Below are positions 34,001-43,008 of a DNA stretch of 64,000 nt, one piece after another. The stretch lies in the IMG/VR virus record IMGVR_UViG_3300021255_000122, positions 1 to 64,000 of that record; one strand, given 5' to 3'. The notes beneath the pieces are model-generated. The model had not been told where the DNA came from, searched no databases, and worked only from the letters and a program-made list of their open reading frames with translations. This stretch comes from a virus. Its lineage: Duplodnaviria > Caudoviricetes. Position 1 is the stretch's first letter. Each line of letters starts with the position of its first letter. Position numbers and translations under genes: made by a program.

Positions 34001-36875
34001 CTTGTTTGTATTGTTTTTCACGCGCAGCGGATGCATACAACAAACCTTGTTCGTATGTTGTTTCCCTTGTATATCCTTTGGCGTGTCCACCACTTTGTGC
34101 AATAGCGGTAAAACGCGCTGCAAGCCTTTGCAATTCGGGCAAATCTATATTCTGCATCCATTGCGGCGGCTTTTGTGCCGTAAGTTTTAAGTCAAAGTTT
34201 ATAACGTGGTTTTGTTGAGCAAGTTTCACTATTTCATATACGCGATTATAAAGCGACACTGCGTCATTTGCATTGTTCCGCATAGCACGGGCGTTTGCGT
34301 CTACTTTTTCGGTAAACGACATCGTGCTCTGTGTAGCCTTTTTCGCGGCATTGTAGTTCGCTTCTGTTTTGTTGTTAAAGTTGTCTAATTCTTCTCGTGC
34401 TGTTTGTAAACTTTGAATAAAACTATCAAGCCCAACCTTATATGCACCGTGATTTTGTGAAAATTGTGTGAATTGTGCTTGTATTGTTTCCTCGCTTATT
34501 CCAACCGCCCGAAGCCTGTTGGCAATTTCTTTGTATATTTCTCTTAAACCTTTTTCGTATTCTTCACCCGTTTTATTGGCAATCAAAGATATTCTTTGTT
34601 GTACAATATCTCCAACTATTGCGCTTATTACCTTTGAGTTTTCTTCAAGTTCTTTGGCAATTTGGGGTGAGAACTTACCATAGATACCAAGTGTGTCACC
34701 TCCTAATCTTTCTTCAAAAGCCTTTTGTGCTTCTTCAACTTGTGTTTTGTATGTTTCTTGTCCCGTAGCAAGCATATTGGCGCGTTGACGTTGTGCGCTT
34801 TCTTCTTGTACCAATTCAATAGTTCTTTCTATTTTTGAATTGATTTCATCGCGATTTTTGATTTCGCTAACACCGTATTCTTGTAAAACTTGGTTAAGGT
34901 CTCCGACTGTTTTCTTATACAAAGCAGTGTTTTCGTCAACACCTTTTAGGATTTTTCCAAGAGTTTCAATATTGCTAATGGTTTTTGCACCACTTTCACC
35001 AAAACGCTCAATATCTACGGTTGTCTTGTTTGCCGATTGCCTAAAGAAAAGGAAATAACTTGCGAGCCCCATAAGTGCTGATGCAAAAGCAACAACAACA
35101 TTAGAAGACATAACGGCATTAAACGTTGCCATAGTTCCAGTAGCGGAACGAACAGCGTTGATATATTGGGTTATACCTACGATTATTCTTGTACCCCATG
35201 TTCTTTGATGTTCAAAGTTAACAACCGCAAGAATTGCCCGATAAGCACCGTATGTAACGATTAAAGATTGTATTATCGAAAGTACGGTTTTCCAATTTTC
35301 AAATATCTTTTTTATGGTTTGAACCGACCCTACCAAAAAACCTTGATTACTTGCACCAATTTCGTTGTACATATTGTTCATCGCAAGCGTAAGGTTGTTC
35401 ATTTGAACTTTTAGTGTTTCGGCTTGCTTGGCTTGGAAATCAAAGAACTTTCCTCCCTCGTCTGTGATTTTATATAAAACTTGAAGCACATCGGAATACG
35501 ATACAAGTTTTTTTGACATCATATCATAGACTTGTGCCGTAGTAACAATTTGGTCGCCAAAACGTTTTTGTTCGGTGTACATTTGTGCAAGCATTGGAAC
35601 GATAGCAAGACCAGCGTTAGCAAAGTCACGGGCATCACGGGCGTTAAGAAAACCTTGCGCCTTAATCTGTCCTAAGTTGTATGTTAAACGTTCCATAGAA
35701 ACACCCAAAGCCGCACTAATATCTGCCAATCTACGTGTGGTATCTACAACTTCGTCTGCGGCAAAGTTGTATGCGGTAAGTTGTTTGGCGGCAGTACCAA
35801 GTTCAATCAACGTGAATGGCGACTTGATAGCCATTTGGTTTAATTCGTTGAATATCTCGGAACCGCGCTCAAAAGAACCTACAAGAACGCCAAGACTTCT
35901 TTCCAATAATTCGTATTGACCGCGAATTTCAAGAACTTGTTTTGTAAAGTTAGAAATTGCGCCTAATGTTAATGCGTAAACAACACGATTACGAATATAT
36001 CCAAAAGATTGCGCCAACATATTGTTGGAACGGATTGCTTGGGCGTTTTTGCCAATAAGCTGTGTTTGCAACTTTGAAAGACGTTGGTATTCATCACCCA
36101 ATTGTTTTACTTGCGTTTTATTATTTGGGTCAATAGAAACACGTCTTAATGCTTGCATTTTTTTTGCAATGGCATCAACGCTTGATTCATCCATACCAAG
36201 AACATCTTTGATTGTTTTTGGTTGAGCGTTTCTTATTTTGTCTATTTTGTCTTTACAATTTTGAATAGCGGTAGCAAGTCGGTTTGTTTGTTGTTGGCTA
36301 AGTATGGTTGTATTTGCGTATTTGGCTTGTATGCTTTCCAATGCACGAAGTTTTGTTTGTGCATCGGCTAACATTTTTGTTGGCATAGAGGTTGCTGCGC
36401 TAATTTCTTTGCGTGCGTTAGCCATAGATTCTTTTAGCGTTCCTTTTGCAAGTATGCTCTGCAAACGTGTACGCATATCCTCTATTTGTTTGTTTATTGC
36501 CGCAACTTGTGGAGATGTTTGTTGGAACGTGTCTCGCAAGCGTTCTGCGGCAGTTATTTGTTCCTTCAAATCTTTTATTGAATTTTGTGTTGCGCTTGCA
36601 CCACTTCCACTTGAACTCCCGCGACTACCAGCCGATTGTGCAGCTACCATAGCATCAAACGATTGCGACATTTTGCGCCACGCTTCTTGCATCGTATCGA
36701 CACTAACCTTTTGTGTTATGGCAAAGTCTTTCATCGCAAGTTTCATCTTGTCAAGCCCTTCGGTAAAATTTTTGGCCATAGCATTTGTTTTATCGCCAAC
36801 ATAGTTCACCAAGTCTTGTATGGACTTTTCAAGTTCTCTCTTATCGAGACTGCCAACGATTATAACGTCATCCAT
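31050..36875 (-). CDS. tail tape measure protein
   Basis: 1941 aa, helical; tape-measure N-domain pattern (KSPFTLIELGTAAKQLTAY...LGQIKAQG); hydrophobic patches; follows the chaperone genes. Confidence 0.93.
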   Translation of the reverse strand: MDDVIIVGSLDKRELEKSIQDLVNYVGDKTNAMAKNFTEGLDKMKLAMKDFAITQKVSVDTMQEAWRKMSQSFDAMVAAQSAGSRGSSSGSGASATQNSIKDLKEQITAAERLRDTFQQTSPQVAAINKQIEDMRTRLQSILAKGTLKESMANARKEISAATSMPTKMLADAQTKLRALESIQAKYANTTILSQQQTNRLATAIQNCKDKIDKIRNAQPKTIKDVLGMDESSVDAIAKKMQALRRVSIDPNNKTQVKQLGDEYQRLSKLQTQLIGKNAQAIRSNNMLAQSFGYIRNRVVYALTLGAISNFTKQVLEIRGQYELLERSLGVLVGSFERGSEIFNELNQMAIKSPFTLIELGTAAKQLTAYNFAADEVVDTTRRLADISAALGVSMERLTYNLGQIKAQGFLNARDARDFANAGLAIVPMLAQMYTEQKRFGDQIVTTAQVYDMMSKKLVSYSDVLQVLYKITDEGGKFFDFQAKQAETLKVQMNNLTLAMNNMYNEIGASNQGFLVGSVQTIKKIFENWKTVLSIIQSLIVTYGAYRAILAVVNFEHQRTWGTRIIVGITQYINAVRSATGTMATFNAVMSSNVVVAFASALMGLASYFLFFRQSANKTTVDIERFGESGAKTISNIETLGKILKGVDENTALYKKTVGDLNQVLQEYGVSEIKNRDEINSKIERTIELVQEESAQRQRANMLATGQETYKTQVEEAQKAFEERLGGDTLGIYGKFSPQIAKELEENSKVISAIVGDIVQQRISLIANKTGEEYEKGLREIYKEIANRLRAVGISEETIQAQFTQFSQNHGAYKVGLDSFIQSLQTAREELDNFNNKTEANYNAAKKATQSTMSFTEKVDANARAMRNNANDAVSLYNRVYEIVKLAQQNHVINFDLKLTAQKPPQWMQNIDLPELQRLAARFTAIAQSGGHAKGYTRETTYEQGLLYASAAREKQYKQERDALEERNKHDKKTKSSGGAKKDPFAESLKDEIELINNIQKRYNEYRKMGVSAQEAITKAAEEYNNTLMRVNATLSKYGVQTKGAQELANMDLREVRDYYKSLLDVAKGANNAKGIESLEKAIANINVEITKADYKKLTDGLNNELGKLKEEYELGIELDANPELGDVFADMMGIDESELRDLPRTFNQVVTKMQASVDKLFAENNIQQSFDLAAMLDKNDFEKWAKEQGQTLDSAFVKSLNSIREYANKIRLDEAKSATKNWSDLVEKYGDLQSKIIKIYKETVQEQLSIIRQFGNDSQQSQALDIVSRIKVSSNPQEIARLQAELADVLSKVTSSNKVAANVANAAFKMQDSKIASATWGDFKDSDLYTMTFEDMSNNSTHAIQLIIDKLETLKNQVKEDPASMKALMQSLKQAQSELESRDPYLAITSSIREMRQASAEAKLAQQELADATKEVEAAQRELDESEDANPEMQAKARERLALAIQRQSNAEIKVVQAENKQQKAYKKLQNGLQGLSGQLENVQGLFTSVAKLFEAAGDDDTAEAINAISEGFSVMTTVIMGVVAAMIVLQSTSPYLLAIAAALSVIIGLVSFLSGNNNKKITEQVEASERAVKRLEIAYVDLQHAIDNAYGTSVVGAKKAAQANKELQLEELRRQLILEKSRDSKDRDDDKILDLQKNIKELQYEIMDMTNEIVNDLMGVSSVGDFAENLVESMIDAFREGEDYMEVFEGKFEEMIDNMIMKSIVSRVMTQYMDNLWESIDKRITSRSEKEAEAYAEAQLRNSDIKNMNDMEILTTFGGYSSYDAFMLQQSNASKFKRIADEYRKAAADAEKSTKQALDSVSAINDSDISWVMEQLGQTTPELAERLKELISQYYSFGDKADPSKNLSGLQQGIQSVTEETAGALEAYMNSVSQQVYLHSDLLTQIRDAVVGFDLDVQTATVSQILLQLQSSYQTQQAIQHILEGVLVPSGRAFAVELLS

Positions 36876-36899
36876 TTCGTATAATATATTTAGTTGTTG

Positions 36900-37295
36900 T
36901 TATTTACTTTTTTTTGAATTATTGGCTTTGGTTTGGCGTATGGGAACGATGTATTCTTCGCCTTCCTTTAGTTCCGAACCATTGCTTAATCCATCCATAA
37001 AGTTTTCCAACTTTCTTTGCGACTCCAATGCGTCTTTGTACGTTTCCCATGCTTTTTTGTCCGAACCATGCAAGTATTTTGTGTGTGTGTTATCAATGGC
37101 CATGAATTGTATTTGCGCACAAGATAGCTTGAAAAGGTAATCATCAAGTTTGTATTGCGTGAATGCCCTTATGAAGTCTGAGGCGTCCGCAATGATAGTG
37201 CTTCCATAAATTGTGATGCTGTCTCCATTGACTTCTTCTTCCGAGTCAGAAGTGAATCCGTAGCCATACTCACCGATTTTTTGAGTAAAAAAAAA
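36900..37295 (-). CDS. tail assembly chaperone, -1 frameshift extension (gpT-like)
   Basis: Open -1 frame overlapping the chaperone 3' end; U9 slippery run at 37287-37295. Confidence 0.7.
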   Translation of the reverse strand, partial: FFFTQKIGEYGYGFTSDSEEEVNGDSITIYGSTIIADASDFIRAFTQYKLDDYLFKLSCAQIQFMAIDNTHTKYLHGSDKKAWETYKDALESQRKLENFMDGLSNGSELKEGEEYIVPIRQTKANNSKKSK

Positions 37296-37756
37296 CCCGA
37301 TAAGTCTATAGACTTGATTGCGCCAAGGACAATAGCAGCCCATTGGTTTGCGTCAAAAGTGCTATTCATAACCTTTGCTTTCATTATGCCTATCCACTTG
37401 TCGTTTCGCGACATAACCGCTTGTGCCGAATCATAATCTGTTATATCATCGGGTGCAAACAAATGATTACATAACACTATTGCCATTATTTCACACATAG
37501 CATCTAAATCGGTACACAACGCGGTTATAATTTTCGCGTCCGTGTCCAAAGTTTCATCAGACTTACGCATGTCCATTACCAATCGGCAAATGCGATACAA
37601 CGAATAATAACGCATGCCTTTTACACTATATTCTTTTTCACCAAGGCGCACCAACGAAGGTGAATCCGTTATGATGTCAAGAATATCGCGTTTAACGTCT
37701 ATTGGAAAATCGTTAAATGTTTTTTCGTTGGAACTATTCTTTACGTTTTTGTCCAT
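37169..37756 (-). CDS. tail assembly chaperone (gpG-like)
   Basis: Between tail tube and tape measure; contains GGT TTT TTT TTA. Confidence 0.75.
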   Translation of the reverse strand: MDKNVKNSSNEKTFNDFPIDVKRDILDIITDSPSLVRLGEKEYSVKGMRYYSLYRICRLVMDMRKSDETLDTDAKIITALCTDLDAMCEIMAIVLCNHLFAPDDITDYDSAQAVMSRNDKWIGIMKAKVMNSTFDANQWAAIVLGAIKSIDLSGFFLLKKSVSMATDSLLTRKKKSMETASQFMEALSLRTPQTS

Positions 37757-37806
37757 TTTTTTAGCTTTTCGTAAACGTTGTTTTTTTGCTTTCTATTAAA
37801 CGTAAA

Positions 37807-37841
37807 GGGCGCGCACTGGGTGACACCCCAATAACGCACCC
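37807..37841 (-). terminator. GC-rich hairpin after the tail tube gene
   Basis: gggcgcg...tggg/ccca...cgcaccc. Confidence 0.5.
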
Positions 37842-37882
37842 TCACGTTCACGAAAGCAAGTTAATTCGCAAATTAGTACACC

Positions 37883-38401
37883 TTATGCAGACGTTGTACC
37901 AACAATCTTGTACATGTGGTCAACATTCGGAGTAACCGAAGTGTCGGTGTAAACAAGAGCGGTAATAGTAACTGCGTAGTTTAATGCACCATCAGCATCC
38001 TTTTTGAGTGTACCAACGGTAAGACCCTTGTAGATGATAAGTGAATTGTAACCACGTCCGAAATCAAGTTTCCATTCCCACTCCGAAGTGTGGGCGGCGG
38101 CAGCACCTTCGTAGGATTCAGCAACAGACGATGTTGCAGCCGTAGCAGTTCCACCAAAAAGGTTTGGAAGTTCGGAAAGTTCGTAGTTAGTCAATTCAAA
38201 TGTCATTGTCACGGGCTGACCCTGATAAATGATGTCAAACGGAGAATCATAGAACTCGGCTTCAATCTCTGTTGAATCTGGCTCGTCTTGTGCAATAGTA
38301 AGACCACGGAGAATACCCATAAGCTGAGTGTAGTCACCAGTACCAGCACCAACGGCACGATAACCAAGGCTAACTGGCTTCAAAGTTGTTTTCTTTGCCA
38401 T
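37883..38401 (-). CDS. major tail (tube) protein
   Basis: Position; beta-rich 172 aa; biased codon use suggesting high expression. Confidence 0.75.
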   Translation of the reverse strand: MAKKTTLKPVSLGYRAVGAGTGDYTQLMGILRGLTIAQDEPDSTEIEAEFYDSPFDIIYQGQPVTMTFELTNYELSELPNLFGGTATAATSSVAESYEGAAAAHTSEWEWKLDFGRGYNSLIIYKGLTVGTLKKDADGALNYAVTITALVYTDTSVTPNVDHMYKIVGTTSA

Positions 38402-38437
38402 AATTTTATCCTTTCTTTTTAATGTTTATAATTTTGT

Positions 38438-38875
38438 TTATTCTTGTTTGTTAATTACAACAACAAAAGACTTTACGAATAAGTTATATTGGTTTCCCTT
38501 TTGCGTGTTTGCGTTATCATCCATAGAAATGGTGGTTTCGGGCATAACATAATAGGGTTCGTTTTCTTGCGTTTCGGCGTTTTTTATAACGGCCAAAATT
38601 GCATCTTCAAATTCCTTATACTTTCTTTTGTGTAGCCTACCACGCGACATCTTAGGAACGTATGCGTAGATATAGCATCGCGCCCATGCGTAAGTTTCTC
38701 CTTCAAATTCCGATTCATCCTCTATGTCGCCAACTTTTGTTACCACAAATCCGTTTTCCGCTTCATCGTCTGTTGTTTCCGATGGTTCGCCCATAGAATG
38801 AACATTATTCGTTACTACGCCATATAATAGCGAATAAAGATAATCGTATATAGCAATTCTTGACTTGTCTATCAT
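38438..38875 (-). CDS. putative tail terminator protein
   Basis: Synteny immediately upstream of the tail tube gene. Confidence 0.55.
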   Translation of the reverse strand: MIDKSRIAIYDYLYSLLYGVVTNNVHSMGEPSETTDDEAENGFVVTKVGDIEDESEFEGETYAWARCYIYAYVPKMSRGRLHKRKYKEFEDAILAVIKNAETQENEPYYVMPETTISMDDNANTQKGNQYNLFVKSFVVVINKQE

Positions 38876-39405
38876 AATGGCTTAACGCTAAATGTTACAT
38901 GTCCTTTAGGTGAAAACGTATTCTTAATATGGTCGTATCGTTGGCTAATAACGAAGAAACGGTTTGTTTTCGTACTACCAGCCGCAGGGTCTAAGTATCG
39001 CGCATAGGGCGCACATGCAGCCCAAACAACAACCCAACCGTCTTTTGTCGGCAAATGCCCTTGAAACGCGCTTAAAAAAGCCGTAGCCTCTTTGCGTCCG
39101 TCAACGGGTATTCTTTTTGACGGGTCTTTACTCCATTCATGCAAATAAGACACATCGTTAGCCATCTTAGAACCAATATGGCCGTGTGATTGTTCTTTGC
39201 CATCAAAATAGACAGCCCAAACATAACTATCGGCCAAGTTGAATGTACGGCTTTTGAATTGTCGTGTCACAATCATTTCGTAAAGTTCCTCTTTGGCGTA
39301 TTGTACAAGGCGGCGCGTTTGTTCCGTAACCAAGTTTTTCATCATGGCTTTTCTAAGTTTTTCCTTATCGAATTTAACGCGTGTTCTTGTTGCCATAGTT
39401 ACCAC
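38872..39405 (-). CDS. putative tail completion/neck protein (HK97 gp10-like)
   Basis: Synteny; SRTFNLADSY and APYARYL patterns. Confidence 0.55.
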   Translation of the reverse strand: MVTMATRTRVKFDKEKLRKAMMKNLVTEQTRRLVQYAKEELYEMIVTRQFKSRTFNLADSYVWAVYFDGKEQSHGHIGSKMANDVSYLHEWSKDPSKRIPVDGRKEATAFLSAFQGHLPTKDGWVVVWAACAPYARYLDPAAGSTKTNRFFVISQRYDHIKNTFSPKGHVTFSVKPL

Positions 39406-39734
39406 TTTTTACGTGTGCAATAAATGCTAATTCCTTTTAATTGCGAGGGTTCTGCGTTGTCAACGGTTAGTTGTAAGGTTTCACCATACCGTGTAACCGT
39501 TACATCATCGCCTTTACGTGGAATAATATAATTCCCCTGTTCATCGGTTGTAAGCGGAATGGAAACAACATAGGGTGCGGTTTGTAGTGTGCGCCCGTCA
39601 AGGTCTCTTTGTGTGGTTTCATCCATGACACCACTATAGATTTCCTGTGTAGTATCTTCCTCGTCGCCAACACCGTAGATTGTGCGGCTTATAACACCGT
39701 TGTAGGGAAATTCTACTATTTCGTCGCGAATCAT
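39399..39734 (-). CDS. putative head closure/stopper protein
   Basis: Synteny; size; beta pattern. Confidence 0.5.
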   Translation of the reverse strand: MIRDEIVEFPYNGVISRTIYGVGDEEDTTQEIYSGVMDETTQRDLDGRTLQTAPYVVSIPLTTDEQGNYIIPRKGDDVTVTRYGETLQLTVDNAEPSQLKGISIYCTRKKW

Positions 39735-40123
39735 AGGCTAATAACGTCGGTTATTGGTATAAACTTAATTCGGCGGTTTTCGGCAAGTTCCTCCAAATCG
39801 CCAGCCTTTTCGTCGTTGTATCGCTTGTAAATGCGTATAGCGTACTGAATCTTGTCGTCTTGATAGAAATCCTGTTCGCTACCAATGGTTTTTTGGAAAC
39901 CGTTGTGCGATTGTTGCAACGATGCAGTATTAGATGGTCTAAGAAGAACTGCCGTATAGATAAGGTCTGCGGTCATAAGGTCGCGTTCCCTTTCTGTTAC
40001 TTTAGTTTCATCGTAAACGTCCCAACTTGGGTCTATACCTCGGTCAAGGGCGATTTTTACAAAGTTTTTCTCCGTAAACGAAGAATACATTGTTGATGCT
40101 TCCAACCATTCTAATACCGTCAT
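39731..40123 (-). CDS. putative head-tail adaptor
   Basis: Immediately after the capsid gene; helical, 130 aa. Confidence 0.55.
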   Translation of the reverse strand: MTVLEWLEASTMYSSFTEKNFVKIALDRGIDPSWDVYDETKVTERERDLMTADLIYTAVLLRPSNTASLQQSHNGFQKTIGSEQDFYQDDKIQYAIRIYKRYNDEKAGDLEELAENRRIKFIPITDVISL

Positions 40124-40153
40124 CTTTGCAAGTTTTTAAGGTTCTATATTTGT

Positions 40154-41449
40154 TTAGGCATCTGCGGTTGCAGTGTCTACCACTACGTGATAAAGTGACT
40201 CGTTAAGCACGGGTGCATAGCGACCAATAATATCCGTATGATAAGACTTCAACATTCCGTTAGGCGTAACCTTGTTGATTACATAGAGGAAATTCTGCAC
40301 TTTTGCAAGTGAGAACTGAATATTGCTATTCACCTCTCCGCTTTGCATCAACTTAACATCTGCGGTCTTGGCGTGTACAACAACACCTGCCGTACCGAGC
40401 GGACGAAGAACGGCTGCGTTTGGCTTCCATCCCGAAACATCGGAAACGGTTGTGATGTTTTGTACTGTGGCCGACTGCTTGACAACGCGGATAGGCGCAA
40501 TCTTGGAAATCGGGCTTTGACTATAAGCAACGATGTTTTCCCAAGTGATGCTTGATTGGTTCGAGGGAGAGCCGCTTGAATCAATGATAACCACGCGGTT
40601 GTTAGATACGCCATACATGGCAATCCAACGGTTAACCTCGGCCACAAATGCGGCGTTGTTAAGCAATACGGATGTAATCATGCTGTAAGGAATATCCCAC
40701 TCCATTGGGAAATCCTCTGGCAAGTTGTTTGCGGCCTTGAAATCATGCTCAATCTTTTGCATTTGTGCAGGAATGTCGCAAGTTGCGTCCGACCAAACCT
40801 TTGTACCAGCGGTCTTAAAGTTTGCAAGAGGAATGTACGAAGACTGCAATGTGTTCACGCCACTAAAGCCCAATGTAGACGTGATAGTTCCCGTGCTACC
40901 GTTGAACGAAATGCGGTTGGTGTTACTATAAGCACCACCATAAGAAAGTGCTTGTGCGGCCATATAAGAAAGACGGTAGTTGTGTGTCTTGATAAGGTCG
41001 GCAACACCACGAACAAAGCCTGTAACAAGGTTTTGGTCTTGTGGGTTCATTTCACGAAGACGTGCCTGCAATTCCAACTTGGACATAGAGGTTTCGAACA
41101 AGCCCTTACCGTATTGGTAGATAGAGCCAGTCTTTTCCTCCCATCCTTCGTTGTCAAGCTGAGCGGTTTCGGAAAGAGGAGCCATTGCGTCGGCCATAGG
41201 CACGATGCGATTCACGCGTTGACGAACCGTCCATGCTGGGTTTTTCTTTGTATCGGCAAGGTCAATGTCGTATTCGTTACCTTCTACAACAAAGTGTTCT
41301 TGCCAAAAGAAACGGTTTGCCTCGATTTCAAGAGAATTGTCGATAAGTGTCTGGAGAAAACCACCATTGTTTCCGTCCATAAATCCCTTTTGATACAATT
41401 TTTCAATTGCCTCATCGGGTGTCCACTGATATTTATATGCGTTTGCCAT
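40154..41449 (-). CDS. major capsid protein
   Basis: 431 aa after scaffold and decoration genes; strongly biased codons; position before head-tail genes. Confidence 0.8.
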   Translation of the reverse strand: MANAYKYQWTPDEAIEKLYQKGFMDGNNGGFLQTLIDNSLEIEANRFFWQEHFVVEGNEYDIDLADTKKNPAWTVRQRVNRIVPMADAMAPLSETAQLDNEGWEEKTGSIYQYGKGLFETSMSKLELQARLREMNPQDQNLVTGFVRGVADLIKTHNYRLSYMAAQALSYGGAYSNTNRISFNGSTGTITSTLGFSGVNTLQSSYIPLANFKTAGTKVWSDATCDIPAQMQKIEHDFKAANNLPEDFPMEWDIPYSMITSVLLNNAAFVAEVNRWIAMYGVSNNRVVIIDSSGSPSNQSSITWENIVAYSQSPISKIAPIRVVKQSATVQNITTVSDVSGWKPNAAVLRPLGTAGVVVHAKTADVKLMQSGEVNSNIQFSLAKVQNFLYVINKVTPNGMLKSYHTDIIGRYAPVLNESLYHVVVDTATADA

Positions 41450-41481
41450 AATCTATGTTTCCTTTCTTTAATGTTTTGTGA

Positions 41482-42156
41482 TTAAATCCAGAAGATACCG
41501 TCAATGTAAGAGCGATTCTTGGCCAAAACGTAAGTAGGTAGTGGTTGCATACGTGCAATCCAAGCCTGCTTGTTGTAAACGGCTGAAACACTATAGTTGG
41601 CGTTTTCAAATCCGTAGCCCTCGGTGGGGAGCAAATCGCGGTCTGCCTCGTTGAATACGTTAGGATTGGGAACAAGAACGGTTGCGGATGCGGATGCTGC
41701 GCTACCGCTTGCCTCTACAAGAATGTCGTTGATAGCCAAAGCACCAAGTGCGGTGTCAACGGTTACGGCAAATTCGGCGTTAGCCTTATCGTAAACGACT
41801 GCCGTTACCTTACCTGACTGGCCTGTTCCAGTTGCGGTTTGTGGTGCTTTCATCAAAATTTGGCCAACTTCGGGAGCGTCCGAATAACCATCGGCTTTAA
41901 TATAGATGGTGGTGTCGGTTGCTGCGGTAGTAGCCTTACTAACGGCGAAAGAACGGAAAATCAACATCTCTTGGCCTGGGGTGTACTGTAAAAGTTGCGC
42001 AGCCCAAAGATGTCCGAAGCCTTTGTTGGGGTTGCCAATAGTGCCACCAAGCAAGATGTTGTTTCTTTGCTCACCGTTACTATCTTTCACCCAAACAAAC
42101 TTCCCACCACGCACTTGTCGTGATGTTTCAAAGAAAAATGCTAAGTTTGTTACCAT
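41482..42156 (-). CDS. putative head decoration/cement protein
   Basis: Ala/Thr-rich, beta-rich; between scaffold and capsid genes. Confidence 0.55.
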   Translation of the reverse strand: MVTNLAFFFETSRQVRGGKFVWVKDSNGEQRNNILLGGTIGNPNKGFGHLWAAQLLQYTPGQEMLIFRSFAVSKATTAATDTTIYIKADGYSDAPEVGQILMKAPQTATGTGQSGKVTAVVYDKANAEFAVTVDTALGALAINDILVEASGSAASASATVLVPNPNVFNEADRDLLPTEGYGFENANYSVSAVYNKQAWIARMQPLPTYVLAKNRSYIDGIFWI

Positions 42157-42181
42157 AATCTTTTGCTTTTAATTTGTTTGT

Positions 42182-42814
42182 TTAAACTTTAACTTTGGGG
42201 ATGGAATTAAGGAGTTCCTCTTCGCGCTTTTGTGTTTGTTGCGGCGCGAGTGGCTTAATGTCACCTATACTATCCTTGAAAATATCTTGGAATTGAGATA
42301 CAAGTGATTCTGCCTGTTCCTTGTCTTCCTTGTCCAACTTGATTTCATAATTTGCCGCAAATTTCTCAAACGACTTATGCAAATCTTGTCGAACACTTTT
42401 CTTTGCCAGTTCCAATACGTCCTTTTGTTTAGCTTTTTTTGCTTCACTGTCCTTATACCGCTTTAGTTCGTCGATTTGGTCTTGCACCTCTTTTGGAATT
42501 TGCGGTGTAGGCTTTGGATTTGGTTCTGGATTGATTTTTTTTTGCAACTCGGCGATTTGGTTTTTGTATTCGTTTTCTTTCGAATTAAAGACGTTGGTCT
42601 TTTCGGTAATGATAGTGCTTGCGCCGCTAAAAGCGGTATTCAAAGCGAATTTCATGTCCTCAATGGCCTTTTCATCATCAACATTTGTTTCGGCATAACG
42701 CTTTGCAAAATGTTCCGCGAATTTGTCTTTGAAACCATCGGTTAGTGTTGCGGTAGTGTAACTTTTCTCGTTACAATAATCGTTTACTTTCTGTAAAACT
42801 TCGTCTTTTGTCAT
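42182..42814 (-). CDS. putative capsid scaffolding protein
   Basis: Charged, helical, Pro-rich linker (PEPNPKPTPQ); first gene of the head operon. Confidence 0.65.
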   Translation of the reverse strand: MTKDEVLQKVNDYCNEKSYTTATLTDGFKDKFAEHFAKRYAETNVDDEKAIEDMKFALNTAFSGASTIITEKTNVFNSKENEYKNQIAELQKKINPEPNPKPTPQIPKEVQDQIDELKRYKDSEAKKAKQKDVLELAKKSVRQDLHKSFEKFAANYEIKLDKEDKEQAESLVSQFQDIFKDSIGDIKPLAPQQTQKREEELLNSIPKVKV

Positions 42815-42860
42815 AGTTTTCTACTATTTTAAATAAAAACAATGTCGCATTTGTTTTGCG

Positions 42861-42983
42861 CAAAAGTATAAAAAAAACAAAATGCAATTCTTGCAATATT
42901 AAAAATCCATTTGAAATTATTAAAAACGCAACGAACTTTCAAAAGGATTGGAATAACGCGCTATATTTTAATGTGTAATTTTG
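42861..42983. promoter_or_regulatory. divergent promoters: -7 TACTTTTG (minus, 42861-42868) and TAATTTTG (plus, 42976-42983)
   Basis: TAnnTTTG matches heading the two divergent structural operons. Confidence 0.65.
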
Positions 42984-43008
42984 CATAGAAAACAACAATC
43001 AAAGCGTT

